Position numbers and translations under genes: made by a program
Notes under the pieces: model-generated
The model's database searches: none
The model's input: only the letters and a program-made list of their open reading frames with translations
What the model was told of the DNA's origin: nothing
NCBI GenBank assembly: GCA_040285855.1
Contig: JAUFOQ010000002.1
Coordinates: 3,472,001 to 3,536,000 of the forward strand
Source of the DNA: Eukaryota sp. GEM-RC1
Taxonomy: Eukaryota
Length of the DNA stretch: 64,000 nucleotides
Direction of reading: 5' to 3'
Shown here: piece after piece, positions 11,746-23,761 of the stretch
How positions within the stretch are numbered: position 1 is the first letter of the stretch
How the letters are laid out: the number at the start of each line of letters is the position of its first letter

Positions 11746-11899
11746 ACAAAAACAAAAAGAATACCAAATAATGGTGACCTTTGTTTGGTACGCAAAATCT
11801 TTCACATGTTCTTAACTTGCATGTGAACACGTGCCAGGTTAACATTCACTGGATATCTTTTAAGTTCTAACAGAACTTGTCAAGATAGTTTATCATCAA

Positions 11900-12455
11900 T
11901 AAAATTGGTCCAGCATGTTTATTGATTTTAGTCTTCTATGCCGTTCTAATGACATGGTTTTTACTGGTGTTGTATGGATTACTCGAATTATGTTTGCTCT
12001 TTATAGAAGCATTCCCAAGGATTTATGTTCCATTTATTCGAAGTTGTATCGGGACAATTCTCGTGTTGATGTGGAGTATTTAACTTCTTTCATTTTCTGA
12101 ATTAGTATGTATTCAAATTTGTGTTTCAACCTTTTGCTGTTTCTCTTTTTGGATCGATTAGTCCTACTGTTGATCAATTTTTCAAGGATTTCGATGAACT
12201 GTGTAAAGAAAAGAAGCGTAAGTTTAGAATGGCTGAATAGAAAAACCGTATAGTGTTTTCCATAAATCGGAATATGCATTTCTATTTCTCTCGATTAATT
12301 GAGAAATTATACAATTTTGGTGTGAAGGTTAATGTTGAAAAACGTAATCTTTTACCGGGTGGTGATGAAGTCATTTGGATTAATCATAGTATTATTTGTT
12401 TGTTTTTACATTTCATAGTTTTGTAGGAAGGTTACCTTATTGGGTACCGAATAAA
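11900..12455 (+). mobile_element. Adjacent RLE 3' fragments: family E (11900-12100) then family A (12112-12455)
   Basis: WITRIMFALYRSIP is homologous to family A WKNRIVFSIYRNMP. The second part matches 36425-36771. Confidence 0.7.
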
Positions 12456-12506
12456 ATTGTATGTATTAATTAACTGATGCAAGTAAACTTAATAAATAAC
12501 TTAAAA

Positions 12507-15500
12507 CTAAATGAGAATGCTAGAAAGTAAAGGAAATCGCTGTTTGAAATCAGACAGCACCTCGCTGGTAAGTGGAACGTCATCAATAAACTGCGAACAG
12601 TTATTAACAGTAATTAAATCATTAATTTTGGTCAAAGTAAACATCATCTTGCTGAACAATTCACGGCCAAATTCTAAATTTTGAAGTTTTAAAACTAAAA
12701 GAATTACATCAAAAAGATCTTCAATTTTTGGTCTGGTAATCAGCAATTCTTGAATTCTTTGCAAGGTTTCTAAAAATCGTTTTTTAGGATGAACTTTTTT
12801 CTTTTTCTTTTTGACTTTTCAAATTCAAGATGTTTTTCTTCAACAATAAAAGTGTCAATTCTAGCAAGACGTTTTAGTAAAGATGAAAGAGAATCCAAAT
12901 CAAAAGAAAATTTAGATTTTGAAACATCATCGAACAACATTTTTAAAATCTCAGATGATTTTGCCTCATCGCCCAAATACTTTGAAAATCTATAAGAAAG
13001 TTCAAATTGTCCAGATGACAAAGCTTCATTACAAGCCATTGAAAGAACTTCAACAGGAGTGTTGAATTCTATCAAAAATTTAATTTTTTCACTCGGATCT
13101 AATTTAGAACAAATCAGGTCATAATCATCACGTGATAACTGACCGACAGTCGTCATTACGACACTTTGCCAATCATTTCGAGAGAGAAAGAGATCAAAGG
13201 CTTTACGAGAAAATCCAAATGCACAGCAAGAAATAGACAAATCAATTGAAGAGCTGTGTTGTGTTAAATATTTATCAAATATTTGACTCAGAATTAGAGG
13301 ATTTTTAATTTTTAAAAATTCATGAAGTAGATTGTGATTAGAAGCAAAATCAATGGCTTCCGAGACAGAAAAAAGATCAGAATCAAAATGATTGTTATCT
13401 GAGTGAATCAAACAATTGTAGAAACGAAGAAGAGAATTAACAGCAGCAGAATAATTTTCGGTAAGTTTAAATATCTCAAATTTTCTAATATCGTCAATTT
13501 TGATACGTGATATACGTGATATTTCGCCAGAGAAAGTTCTGGGATCAATGCCAAGTCCAATTCCAATTATTCCAGATAATTCAAAATTTTGAGACTCAAG
13601 AGCAGCAAAGAAAAGCTCAACCCCATCGGTAGAACCAGTAATTGATTTAAAAGGGAGACTATTGAATCAATCAAATATGATTGATCTGATTGACTGGATA
13701 CATAATTAGCTGCCCTAATGACATGATCGAAAACGGAAGGTTTATGAAGTTTTCCTACAGTGATTACCAGAGATAAACGTGAATATAGTTCATCATCAGT
13801 GAATCCATCAAGAAGTTCAAATAATTTGTTCACTACCAAAAGAGTTTTATCAACCGATTGTGATTCAGAAATTGAAAAATTTGACTTTGGGAAAAAATTT
13901 AAAAAATCACTAAAAAATGGATTCCCCTTATGCCAACAACAAGAATTTCGGATATTTTCCAAACAATGAGTCAAAAGATCAGAATGATCACGTGCTAGGT
14001 CAAAAAGAGACTCAAAAAGAGCTCAAAGAAGTAATCAATGGGGAAATTAACATCGAGTCTACTACTTTTAGTAAATTCTAAGGCGTCAATAAGACCAATA
14101 GTGGACAAATTGGACTCAATCAAGTTTTGACAATGGAAAGAGGTCATAATCAAAGGCCGCAATCGGGTGTGATTGCCAATCGGAGTAAGCAGGATAACTT
14201 CTAAATTAGAATTAGAATAACAAATCAATTGAGCTCCTTTATCAACTGGTTTGGAAATAAGACCAATCGTGACGTGATTGGGGTCAAGAAAATGATTGAT
14301 TGAGCTGTACTGTTGAATTTCGGAAAGTGAAGCTATAGGTAACGTAATCAATTGCTCATTTTGAGTTATAAAACTCAAGAATGAATCATTAGAAACAATA
14401 GATAACGGTCGTCCACAAGACCATTTAGGCAAGTGGATGTGATCAAGGTCAGAATTAATAACAATGATTGAACCATCACGTAACACACACGTGTTGCAAG
14501 AAACAGACACAGGGAAAGCAGAAATGGGTAAGATTTTAACGATATTTAAATTTTCCAAAATAAGGATTTCTGATTGACAGAATAACATCTGAAATTTTTG
14601 AAATTGTTTAACAAAATAAATTGGTGATTTTGTAACAAGTTTGGTCTCAAAACGTCCATCAATATGTAAAAGAATTGATCTTGAAGAAATAAATTGTAAA
14701 TTATTATCCATAAAACAAATCTGTTGCAAATAATCAACAAAACTAAAAAATTCCGTACCAACAAGCTCATAATCATGATTGAATTTTGACCTAACCTTTT
14801 CGATTTTGCCCTTGTAGAGATCAATTTTGACCCCTTTATTAAAAGAACGTGCAACAATCAACTTTGATTCACTATCATCAATCCAGGAAGAGATCAAAGG
14901 GCAATCAAAGTCAAGCCTAGTCTTGGAAAGTGGAGGTGGTGGCAACGAACACAAAGGGGAGATACCCAAGGACAAAAGATCAAAAGAAAGAACAGAAGAA
15001 CAAGAATGAAGCGGAGAGGAGGCAGGAAAGACAAAAAAGGAAGGTATTAATTTGATTGATTGACAGGCTGACGTCACCAAGGAGTAAGGATCAAATCTAG
15101 AAGGAAACACGTTTACTGATTGAGTTATTGGGACAACTTTTTACAAATCCATTGTAATGAAACAGAAGTGAAGAATAAAAGAAAATCTGGAAGAGAAACA
15201 ATTAATACAGATCCATCACAATTAAAATTGATATATGAATTAACAAGAGAACCGACTGATTGATCGGAATGAATCAAAAACTTTCTACGAAATAGTCCGT
15301 GTGGTTCAAAAAGATGACGTTTCCTGATTGGTCAAGAGCTGAAAGAAGCTCGCATGGGGGTTGCCAAGTAAAATCAATCAAATCAGGGTATGATTGACAG
15401 TCAATTGAGCTCAACACAGTTGAAAATCCATCATCAGTAGTTAATATCAAAATATCCGAAAAACAATGATTTTGAAACTTTAGACCAACAGATAGAAACC

Positions 15501-15960
15501 TATTATCAGATCTCCAATCAAATTTGATTGCTGATATCACGTCATCAAAACAATGTGAGAAAAGTACTTCGAATTTGACATTAAGAACAGCAAATGAAGA
15601 GGAATTTCCAATGACAAAGAAGGAACCGTCAGGAGATGAAACGGCTGATGTGGGAGTGAAAGGAAGAGTCAGGGAAGTCTGCTGAGGAGAGAAGTCTGGA
15701 GAGAGTAGCACGACAGGTGTTGAAAGGAGAAAAAGGGAGGGAGTGGGGGTGAAGAGATGGATTATAGGAGAGTTTGGTGAAGGAGGCAGGATGTGTTTGG
15801 TTAGAGTGCTGACTGACTGGGAGGCAAAGTCATAAGATAGAAGATGGTCACTGGAAGTAGAATCTTGATAAACAAAAGAATCAGCATCTAAACTGTAGCA
15901 ACAGTGATCCAAAGAAGAAGAACTTTTATATGGTGAACTAAGAGACACTTGAAGATCCAT
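12507..15960 (-). CDS. ELP1: Elongator complex protein 1 (ELP1/IKI3), split over about 5 ORFs by indels
   Basis: FDWRSDNRFLSV and FTWQP are followed, across a frameshift, by FEPHGLFRRKF...FNCDGSVL...QWICKK, then LPPPPL and LLTPIGNH. This is the ELP1 motif order (SWRGDG, SWKP, FERNGL, WNADS, HWYLKQ, VPPPM, MPRGNLE). Confidence 0.75.
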
Positions 15961-16047
15961 CTGAATTAGAAGAAGAAGTGAAACGGAGAATTGTCCACGA
16001 CATTTTCCTAAGTACAATATCAATATTGTTGTCTGCATACTTTTATT

Positions 16048-16460
16048 AACACCAACACTACAGTGTACATACAACCAGTAATAAATATCCTCAAAGTCCA
16101 GATTGCCTATTTGGAATTATTCAGCTACATTACCCTCAATTATATTGTCTGCCAAGAGATAATAAAGCGCCAGATACCATACCTCTAAAGATAGCAAACA
16201 CGATTCGAATTGTTCAAAATCTAAGATCAAAAGTCCTGCACCGGCAGTAGTAATTAGTCTCACTGCAAAATTAGTCTCAGTGAGACGAATTGAAATCGTC
16301 TCTCTATTTCTCTCGTATAGGTGAGAAACTGTACAAGTTTGGTGTGAAGGTTGATGTTGAAAAACGTAATCTTTTACCGGATATGGATGAAGTCGTTTGG
16401 ATTTAATCTTAGTATTATTTGTTTGTTTCTGCAATTTCATGTTGTTAGAAAGCTTACTTG
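16048..16460. mobile_element. Cluster of fragments: RLE family C 3' end (16048-16210, -), CACCG/TAGTCTCAGTGAGAC TIR-element remnant (16239-16300), RLE family A 3' end (16300-16460, +)
   Basis: Direct sequence similarity to the other copies in this window. Confidence 0.7.
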
Positions 16461-17109
16461 GAAAATACAGCCACTCCCGGAAAAAAAATACAGAAAAATA
16501 CACTTAATACAAAAAATACAAAATAACTCGAGCTAAGATAACTTTCGCAACAGTCATGGCGAGAATTTTTTCTGTTTTAAAGTAACAATGACTAAAATTA
16601 TAAGGGTTTCACAAACAAACTAAACATAACAAAACATCAAAATACCCAAACAAATACCAGGAAGCCATTATTTAGTTTGCCGTCTTTTCTGAGCAGCTGC
16701 CTTTCCAAAACACTTTTTCAATCATTCCAAATGTTGAGATTCCCCAAAAACATCAAGAGAATTGGGTTATTTTTCATCTTCAGACGAGTTTATGACAACA
16801 TTTCAAATAATATATTCATCAAGAAGAACTACTGTACTTGCAATTTATCTTCCAAGAAAACCCAGTTGCATATAATATCTTCATTGTCATCATCAAGAAC
16901 AGCTTTGTTTTCGAGAAGAAGTACATCAACACGAAATCTTTGACCATCCTATTTGTGCAAACTCATAGCTCCATTGGTAGTTAAAAAAACTTAAAAACTA
17001 GTGTTACCTGTTTTGTAAAGTTGATGCAAATTAAATTGCAGGTCTAGAGAACTATCTAACGTTGCGTGTGAAAGACATTTTGGCCTTTTGACTCTTAATG
17101 GTCAAGATA

Positions 17110-17439
17110 AAACCAATAACGCGTGTCACGTGTTAACACGCGTGTTACGTGTTAACACGTGTCACGTGTTAGGTGTTTGCGTTACAAGACTTTTTGCTGG
17201 TTTCTTGTTCAACGATAAATAGCTCATTTCTTCTACACTTTCATCCCAACGATACTCTACATCCATGTAGGGGACTTCTAAAACGGCTTCTTTCATTCTT
17301 GTAGCTGCAGAAGGCATTTTCACATCATTCATACCGAAATGAGTAACTGATATTTGCGTGTTAGAAATCAGCCAAAATTCCTAACACGTGTTAACACGCA
17401 TGTTACGTGTCAGTCCGTGTTGCGTGTTAGCGTTCACTG
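17110..17439 (-). mobile_element. Decayed hAT-like element with ACACGTGT/TAACACG subterminal repeats
   Basis: One terminus reads CAGTGAACG on the minus strand, and repeat clusters flank both ends. The internal minus-strand peptide MDVEYRWDES resembles hAT LDVxTRWNS. Confidence 0.55.
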
Positions 17440-19580
17440 GTAGAAAGGTTACCTTTCCGGGTACCGAATAAAGTAACGGTAGATGTAGATCATTTAGTTT
17501 CTTTTAAAGGAACTTAAAGGTTTCTTTTAACTATCAGTTGTATCTAGTAGGGTATGATACATGTATGTGTTTTGCCATTCAAATTCAGTTATGGTTTGTC
17601 AAACCGTTGTTTTGTTATATACAAAAAGTGATTTTGATAATGATAATCACCGATACAAGTGTGCTCTATGGTAACTATTGTTCGTAGTACGATTAATAGT
17701 TTGTTTAAATAGTCTCTATTCAAGCTTCAAAATCACATTGGGCAGATAATGATATGATATTTCTTTTTCCAGAAATAATACATAAAACTTGGACAATGAA
17801 GGTTGTTTTAAGTTATAACATTGATTTATATCGAAAGTGTTTCAGTCGGAACAAGGTCAAAGTGAATCAACTTGATTCGCAGCAGAGTGGATTAGGAATA
17901 TCAAAAGATGATCTCTGGACGTGTAGAATTAGTGGTTGAAAACAACAAAACACTAAATAATGTGAACGGCGATCGAACGTCTTTATTGAAAATTGAAATG
18001 AGTTTGGCTAAACACTGTGATTGGTGTTGTTGACGTGAACGGAAAACACTAGTAAATAGACAGACGTTAGCAGTAATGCAAAGAACTAAAGGGAGTCATA
18101 CTTGAACTACTCGAGTACAGTGGAGGTCGGATGTTTCAGTTTGGCAGTTAGCGAGATCGTAGTGAAGGGGATGAGTGTGCCACTGGCTTCGACGCACTGA
18201 CTCTGAGTTGATGAAAAGAATCTGTAAAGAAGATTCGTCCCTGAGACGCTCAAAGAATAACTGTATCTTCAAAACGCATTAACAGCAAAATGAAACCGTC
18301 GACGTTCAGATCAGGAAGAAGTTTTGAAAGGCAATGAAGAAGTACAAAATACATTGCAATCGAGTGTCATAAGCGGGGAAATTTCACAGAAGACAAACAG
18401 CAAAGTGAGTTTGGGTGTAGTGTCGCAATTATTAAGAAACGACATACGGTGTTTGAACAACCATCAAACAGTTCACGAATGCTTCTGGGTGTGTTTATTC
18501 TACATTAAAGGAACGTGAAGAATGTAGCTAAAAATAGAGTGCGTCTTAGGTGATGATGGGATTTCTTATCACCCACAGCTCACCTTCTAGATAGAGGTAC
18601 TACTCATGCAATCTATCCTGCAATGTTGTGTGTTGTGAACTCATGTTCTTGTTCTTGTAATGAAATCGTCATGTCCACTCACTCATTCTGACATAAAATT
18701 GATACTTCTCAAGTACTTTCTCTGGCTTTCTACATTAACATACACCTTTGTGATTCAAGCTGAACTCTAACATGGTAAATCTGATGAGTTCTTGATGGTG
18801 TATACTTCTTAACTTGGACGGTAGATATCATTTTGATCACTGACCGGTGATCAACACTTATCTCAAAATATATTACAATATCTGAAGAGGCATCAGTCAA
18901 GTGAAAAGAACAAGAATTGAGAAAACATGTCAGCCAATTCTTGGGAATACAGGAAGAAGACGAACCACAAACACTAGGAAAAACTGTGAAAAACGGGTCC
19001 CAGCCCATGAAGCAATAATCTTTTAACGTTCTTGTATGATGGAATAAACAAGTAATTGTGGCTTTCCTAACAGGATCAATGGCGAGACATGCTGTAGTAT
19101 TTTCATTTCATTGAATGACATTTGTTCAAGAACGATCATAAATCAACGTTACTACTCAAGGGGTATATGACAATAGCTGGAGTCTGGTTAAGAAGAACAT
19201 CAATCAACCAAAAATGAACACTGCCCACCACACAAATTCTAAGCATGACGTTGGAGAACACAACACGGTATACAGCATAGATTCAACAATGTGTTAGAAA
19301 AGCGTGAGGTCTGACAAGTGACAATATCTAATTCTTATTCAGAACTATTCTTACGACATCTTCATAATTAAAGCTTCTATTGATTTGTGTTTTCATTGAC
19401 ACGGTGTAACACATCTGGAAACCTTTGGGCAAGAGAATCAGACAACATTTAGAGTTTAAATCGTTTTGCAGTTCTTTTTCATACATTGAATGACGACGTC
19501 TATCCTACAACATTGATGAAGAAACATGAATCAATGAAAGGACCAGAAGAATCTTTCTTCACTTGAATTCATGATTAGAG

Positions 19581-20955
19581 ATGAGGCACAACAAGCCCCT
19601 CTTTAAATGCAAGCTCCCTAATTTACCAAGCATTACATCCTGTAACACCACATCTGCACAACGTCCTTATAACCGTACAAACTTGGAACCAATTTCTCCA
19701 AAGAGATTTCAAGAATCAATACATCAACACAAGGGGCACTCTCCTATTCTTCCACATCTACCTGGTACAATGTCTCGTGTGCCTCAGTTAAGCAAACTTA
19801 GGACAATCAGGAACTTGTCCCGGTCCTCGTATACCACGGTTGACCTTGTACAATGTCATGATACCGGTAGAACGCTAGTGCTTAAGGCGTACAACATGGT
19901 CTCCGAGACCAGTTTGTATTCAAAATCTCTAATGCTTGAGAAGATGAACTTATCCGAGGTATCGGTATTAAAAAAGGTAAATCACCCAAATATTGTTCGC
20001 CTTCTGGATACCTTTGAAGACCGAGACATTAACAAACGATATCTTGTTCTAGAATACGTTCAAGGGGGGAGCATTGGCTTCAGATTCGTCCGTAACCGGT
20101 GATCCTCTGCCTGTCTCTTCTGTTTGGGGTTACTTCCGTGATTTAGTCAATGCTATGGAATACCTCCATGAACTGGACATCATTCATCGAGACATTAAAC
20201 CAAGTAACCTCCTACTAACTTCAGATGGTCATGTCAAGCTGTCTGATTTTGGAGTGTCCATTGACATTACGTCGAACAAAAGAAGTGCTGTTGCATTAAC
20301 AGGATCGTCCGCGTTCCTTGCTCCTGAACTTGTCTCTGGCTACATGGCTAGAGCTGCGAAATCTTCTGACGTTTGGTCTGCCGGTGTTACTCTGTACTTT
20401 CTGTTGTTTGGACGATTACCCTTCTATGATCAGCAAGTGTTCAAGGTCTACCGGAAAATATGCCAAGATAAAGTCAGATTCCCTCCATTCATCGACCCTC
20501 TACTGCATCATGTTCTTCTTTCGATGTTAGACAAGAACCCTAAGACAAGGATAACTGCAGAAAAACTAAAGACTCATCCTTGGATGATCTACGGTCCTTA
20601 TAATGAGTCAATTACTATAATAAACCAAGAGGTGTTTGCTGAACGCAGTCGTCTTCTGTCTCCTCACAATTCTGTTCACGAATGCTCTTCCACCTGTATT
20701 CACCGATTATTGCCAACTGTATTTCGACCCGATCAAACTGGACTCGACACAAAGGATTCTGAAAGTCCATTGAAGATGTCTTCTTCTGCCACTGAACTGC
20801 GTCTAGACCCAACGTTGACACAGTGTTGGGCGGATGACGATTGTACAACTGTCATTACGGATGATGAGGTTGACGATTGTACAACTGTCATTACGGATGA
20901 TGAGAACAACGATATGGAACATCAATTCAAAATCCACTGGACATTTGATGTTTGA
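19581..20955 (+). CDS. Ser/Thr kinase, CAMKK/SAK1-like (paralog 2); one extra G in the run at about 20064-20069
   Basis: Kinase domain is very similar to 8881-10176. Removing one G restores EYVQGGALASDSSV. Confidence 0.85.
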
Positions 20956-21151
20956 CATGTTTCCGATTCTTTCGCGAAAACCAGTTCGTTGGTACTTCTG
21001 TTGATCCAGTTTTTTGTAAATAGTTTTTTTTAGAGTCGACACCAGTGCATCTAGTAACAATGAAAAATAACGATGACGTTGTCTATTATGATTATGTGTT
21101 CATATATTTGTGAAGAAAAAAAACAATGCAGTAGCAGCTAAAGGCAATAAA

Positions 21152-22478
21152 TTAAAACATGGGAGAAGAAGGCATATAACTCTTCTTCTTTGGACTTCGA
21201 TAAGAGAAGTTAGGCAGAGGGGAATTTTGAGACGGGGGAGAGATATCTAAGACAGTGGTTCTTCTACGAGGGAGGATTGGCTGAGTATTGATACGGATTT
21301 TTGGAAAGATCTGTTGGAAACGATTGGGAGGTCGTGATTTTGGTTGTGAATTGGAAGAAAATCCCCGGGGAGGAGCTCTAGCTTGGGCGAGACACAAAAA
21401 TCTGGCGGTCACTACTTCTTTTGACAGGGAATTTCCTTTCCGGAGGTCTTCCTCCAATACAGGTAGGTCAACCCCAGAGCGACGAAGAGTGTCTATAAAA
21501 GGTGGTTCGTAGATAGTAACCTGATTAAGTGAACAAGAGGGAGCAGGAGGAACAAAATCCTTACAAACTGTTGAGTACCAACTAGATTTCTTTACCTGTT
21601 CAAGGGTAAATCTAGAAGATGCCTTTTTACACAGCATGCCTCGGAGCAACTGTTTCAATGCCAGGGACGCGGAATTCGGAATACGCAGGGAGTCCTTCAA
21701 TATAGACTGTAACAGCTGTCCAACATTTTTGTTATCAAAGGGCAGAACACCAAAAGATAATGCGTATAGACAAACTCCCAGGCTCCACACATCAGTCTTT
21801 GAGCCATCATATGGTACTCCTTCAATGATTTCAGGGCATGCGTAATGCGGGGATCCACAGCTTGTAGTAAGTGCATCAAGGCCCAGAGAATTCTTGCTTA
21901 GACCAAAATCAATCAGGCGAATATTGGAAGAGCCATCTAACATAATGTTTTCTGTGATAAAAGTCAGTAGCAAACAATACCCAATTTAATGTCACGATGA
22001 AAAATGCGATGAGAATGGCAGAATTCCAGTACATTAACAAGTTGGAAGATGAAGCGACCAACATCAGGCTCTGGAAGTCCATTACGACCAGCAGCCTTCA
22101 CACGTTGCAAAAGATCGCCATTGGGGATGTACTCGAGAATCAGATACACTGCATCATTAAGGTAGACAACGTCGTACAGATCAACGATGAGGGGATGTGT
22201 ATGAAGAGTACGGAGAAGGGAGATTTCGTTCTCAATGTCGAGCAGACCTTTTTGTATTCCTGAGTCGGAAGTAACTCTTTTATGGCAACCGGGTAGGAGG
22301 TTTCTAGTTGAACTCCCTTGTAAATGGCTGTCATCAAAAGAACATATTAGGACAAACCTCCAAAAGAGCCATGTGAAATAAGCTTTTCGACTAAGTATCG
22401 ACCAATTCGACGGGGGACCATAGTCTTTTCGACGTTATGTTGGGGTGAAATGAAATAGGGTGATTGAAAAATGTTCAT
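21152..22478 (-). CDS. AMPK/SNF1-related (CAMKL) kinase with two introns (22328-22357, 21952-21980) and one A-run indel near 22250
   Basis: The spliced product reads SHGSFG|AIYKG...VAIK...ENEISLL...HRDIKL|ENIML...DFGLS...LTTSCGSPHYACPE. The start could alternatively be 22421. Confidence 0.85.
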
Positions 22479-23761
22479 TCTTCATTGAGATCGACAAACA
22501 AAAGTACTGAGACGTATCAGCAGTCATTGAATGTCCTGATGTGGACACGTATTGTCAAGAACTCGTATTCTTATGGATAACATTGTCATCATTCAAAAGA
22601 GAGCACAAACACAAAAACACATTCTATACAAATAGTTTCATGAGATAGTTTCAAAAGAGAAACATGGGTTTTAGATCATATTCTGAGGGTTGATTAGTCT
22701 TCACTATCATAGACCTAAAGGTTTTTTGTTGATTTGACCGAATGCAGTAGAGTGAGACCTCCAAGTTAAACGTTATAGCCTATTTTCATGACTACTTTCC
22801 TGTCAAGATCATCAAATTGATATTGAGATGTGAAGTTCTTTCGATAGACTAGGACTGTTTCTATAGTATTTCATAGAAGTTTTCATAGAATCAGGCTGAT
22901 TTAAAGAAGTGAAAGGACTGAGAAGAGATCTGAGCCCTTAGATTGGAGAACAAAGACTTAAACCAAGATCAAACTTCCTTTGTACGCCATCATAACATGA
23001 CGTCATAACGGATTCCTCAACTCTTTTCCCTGATATGGTTTCATTTGATATGTGATTCTCACTGCTTAAAAGCGCAGTGATGGCAACTTTGAACTCATAG
23101 ACCGCTTCACGTTCATTGAACCAAGTACAAGACCTTCACTCTTTACACCATACTATGGAAAAGACAGTTATGCAACTGAGACGATGATCACTTCAACATC
23201 ATATCGCATTGTAGTGCAGAAAATGATCTGAGATTTATCAAAGTACATCACCAACCTTGTAGAATCTATATACGTTACTTATCTCTGAAACTCGTCAGAT
23301 ACTTAGATGAATGAGTACATGTTTTTCACTACAACATTTTTTTTAAATAAAATACATCTCAAAGCTTGTTTTCGTTCAAAACTGTAAGTACAACAATACT
23401 TGGAGTGAAACAAACAGTGTTTTGTTACGTGGTGAATTACTGAAGCAACACGGACAGGGTGGGAAGAAAATACCGTGTCAACAAAGAAAAGAAAAGGGTT
23501 GTAACAAGGTCAATGTTTGGGTGTACGTGAAAGTACTTTCACACATATGCAGAATCAAATAGCGCATATTTACATTAGTCCCAATCCCTCAACTTTACTC
23601 CTGGTCACTGTCATTGAAGTGCATGTCTAATGTGGATCACTTTGACACAGCCTTTTGTAATAAAAACGTCCGAACAAAGATCTCGAAACAAACGAAATAG
23701 TACATTAGAGCTTTGAAACTATTCAACTACTTTGTTTGAACAAGAACATGTAATAGAAAGC

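Noticed and set aside
16445..17447. A single ~1-kb hAT insertion bounded by TTAGAAAG/GTAGAAAG as TSD
   Set aside because: The left boundary has no TIR matching CAGTGAACG, and the 8-mers are explained as parts of family A 3' UTR copies.
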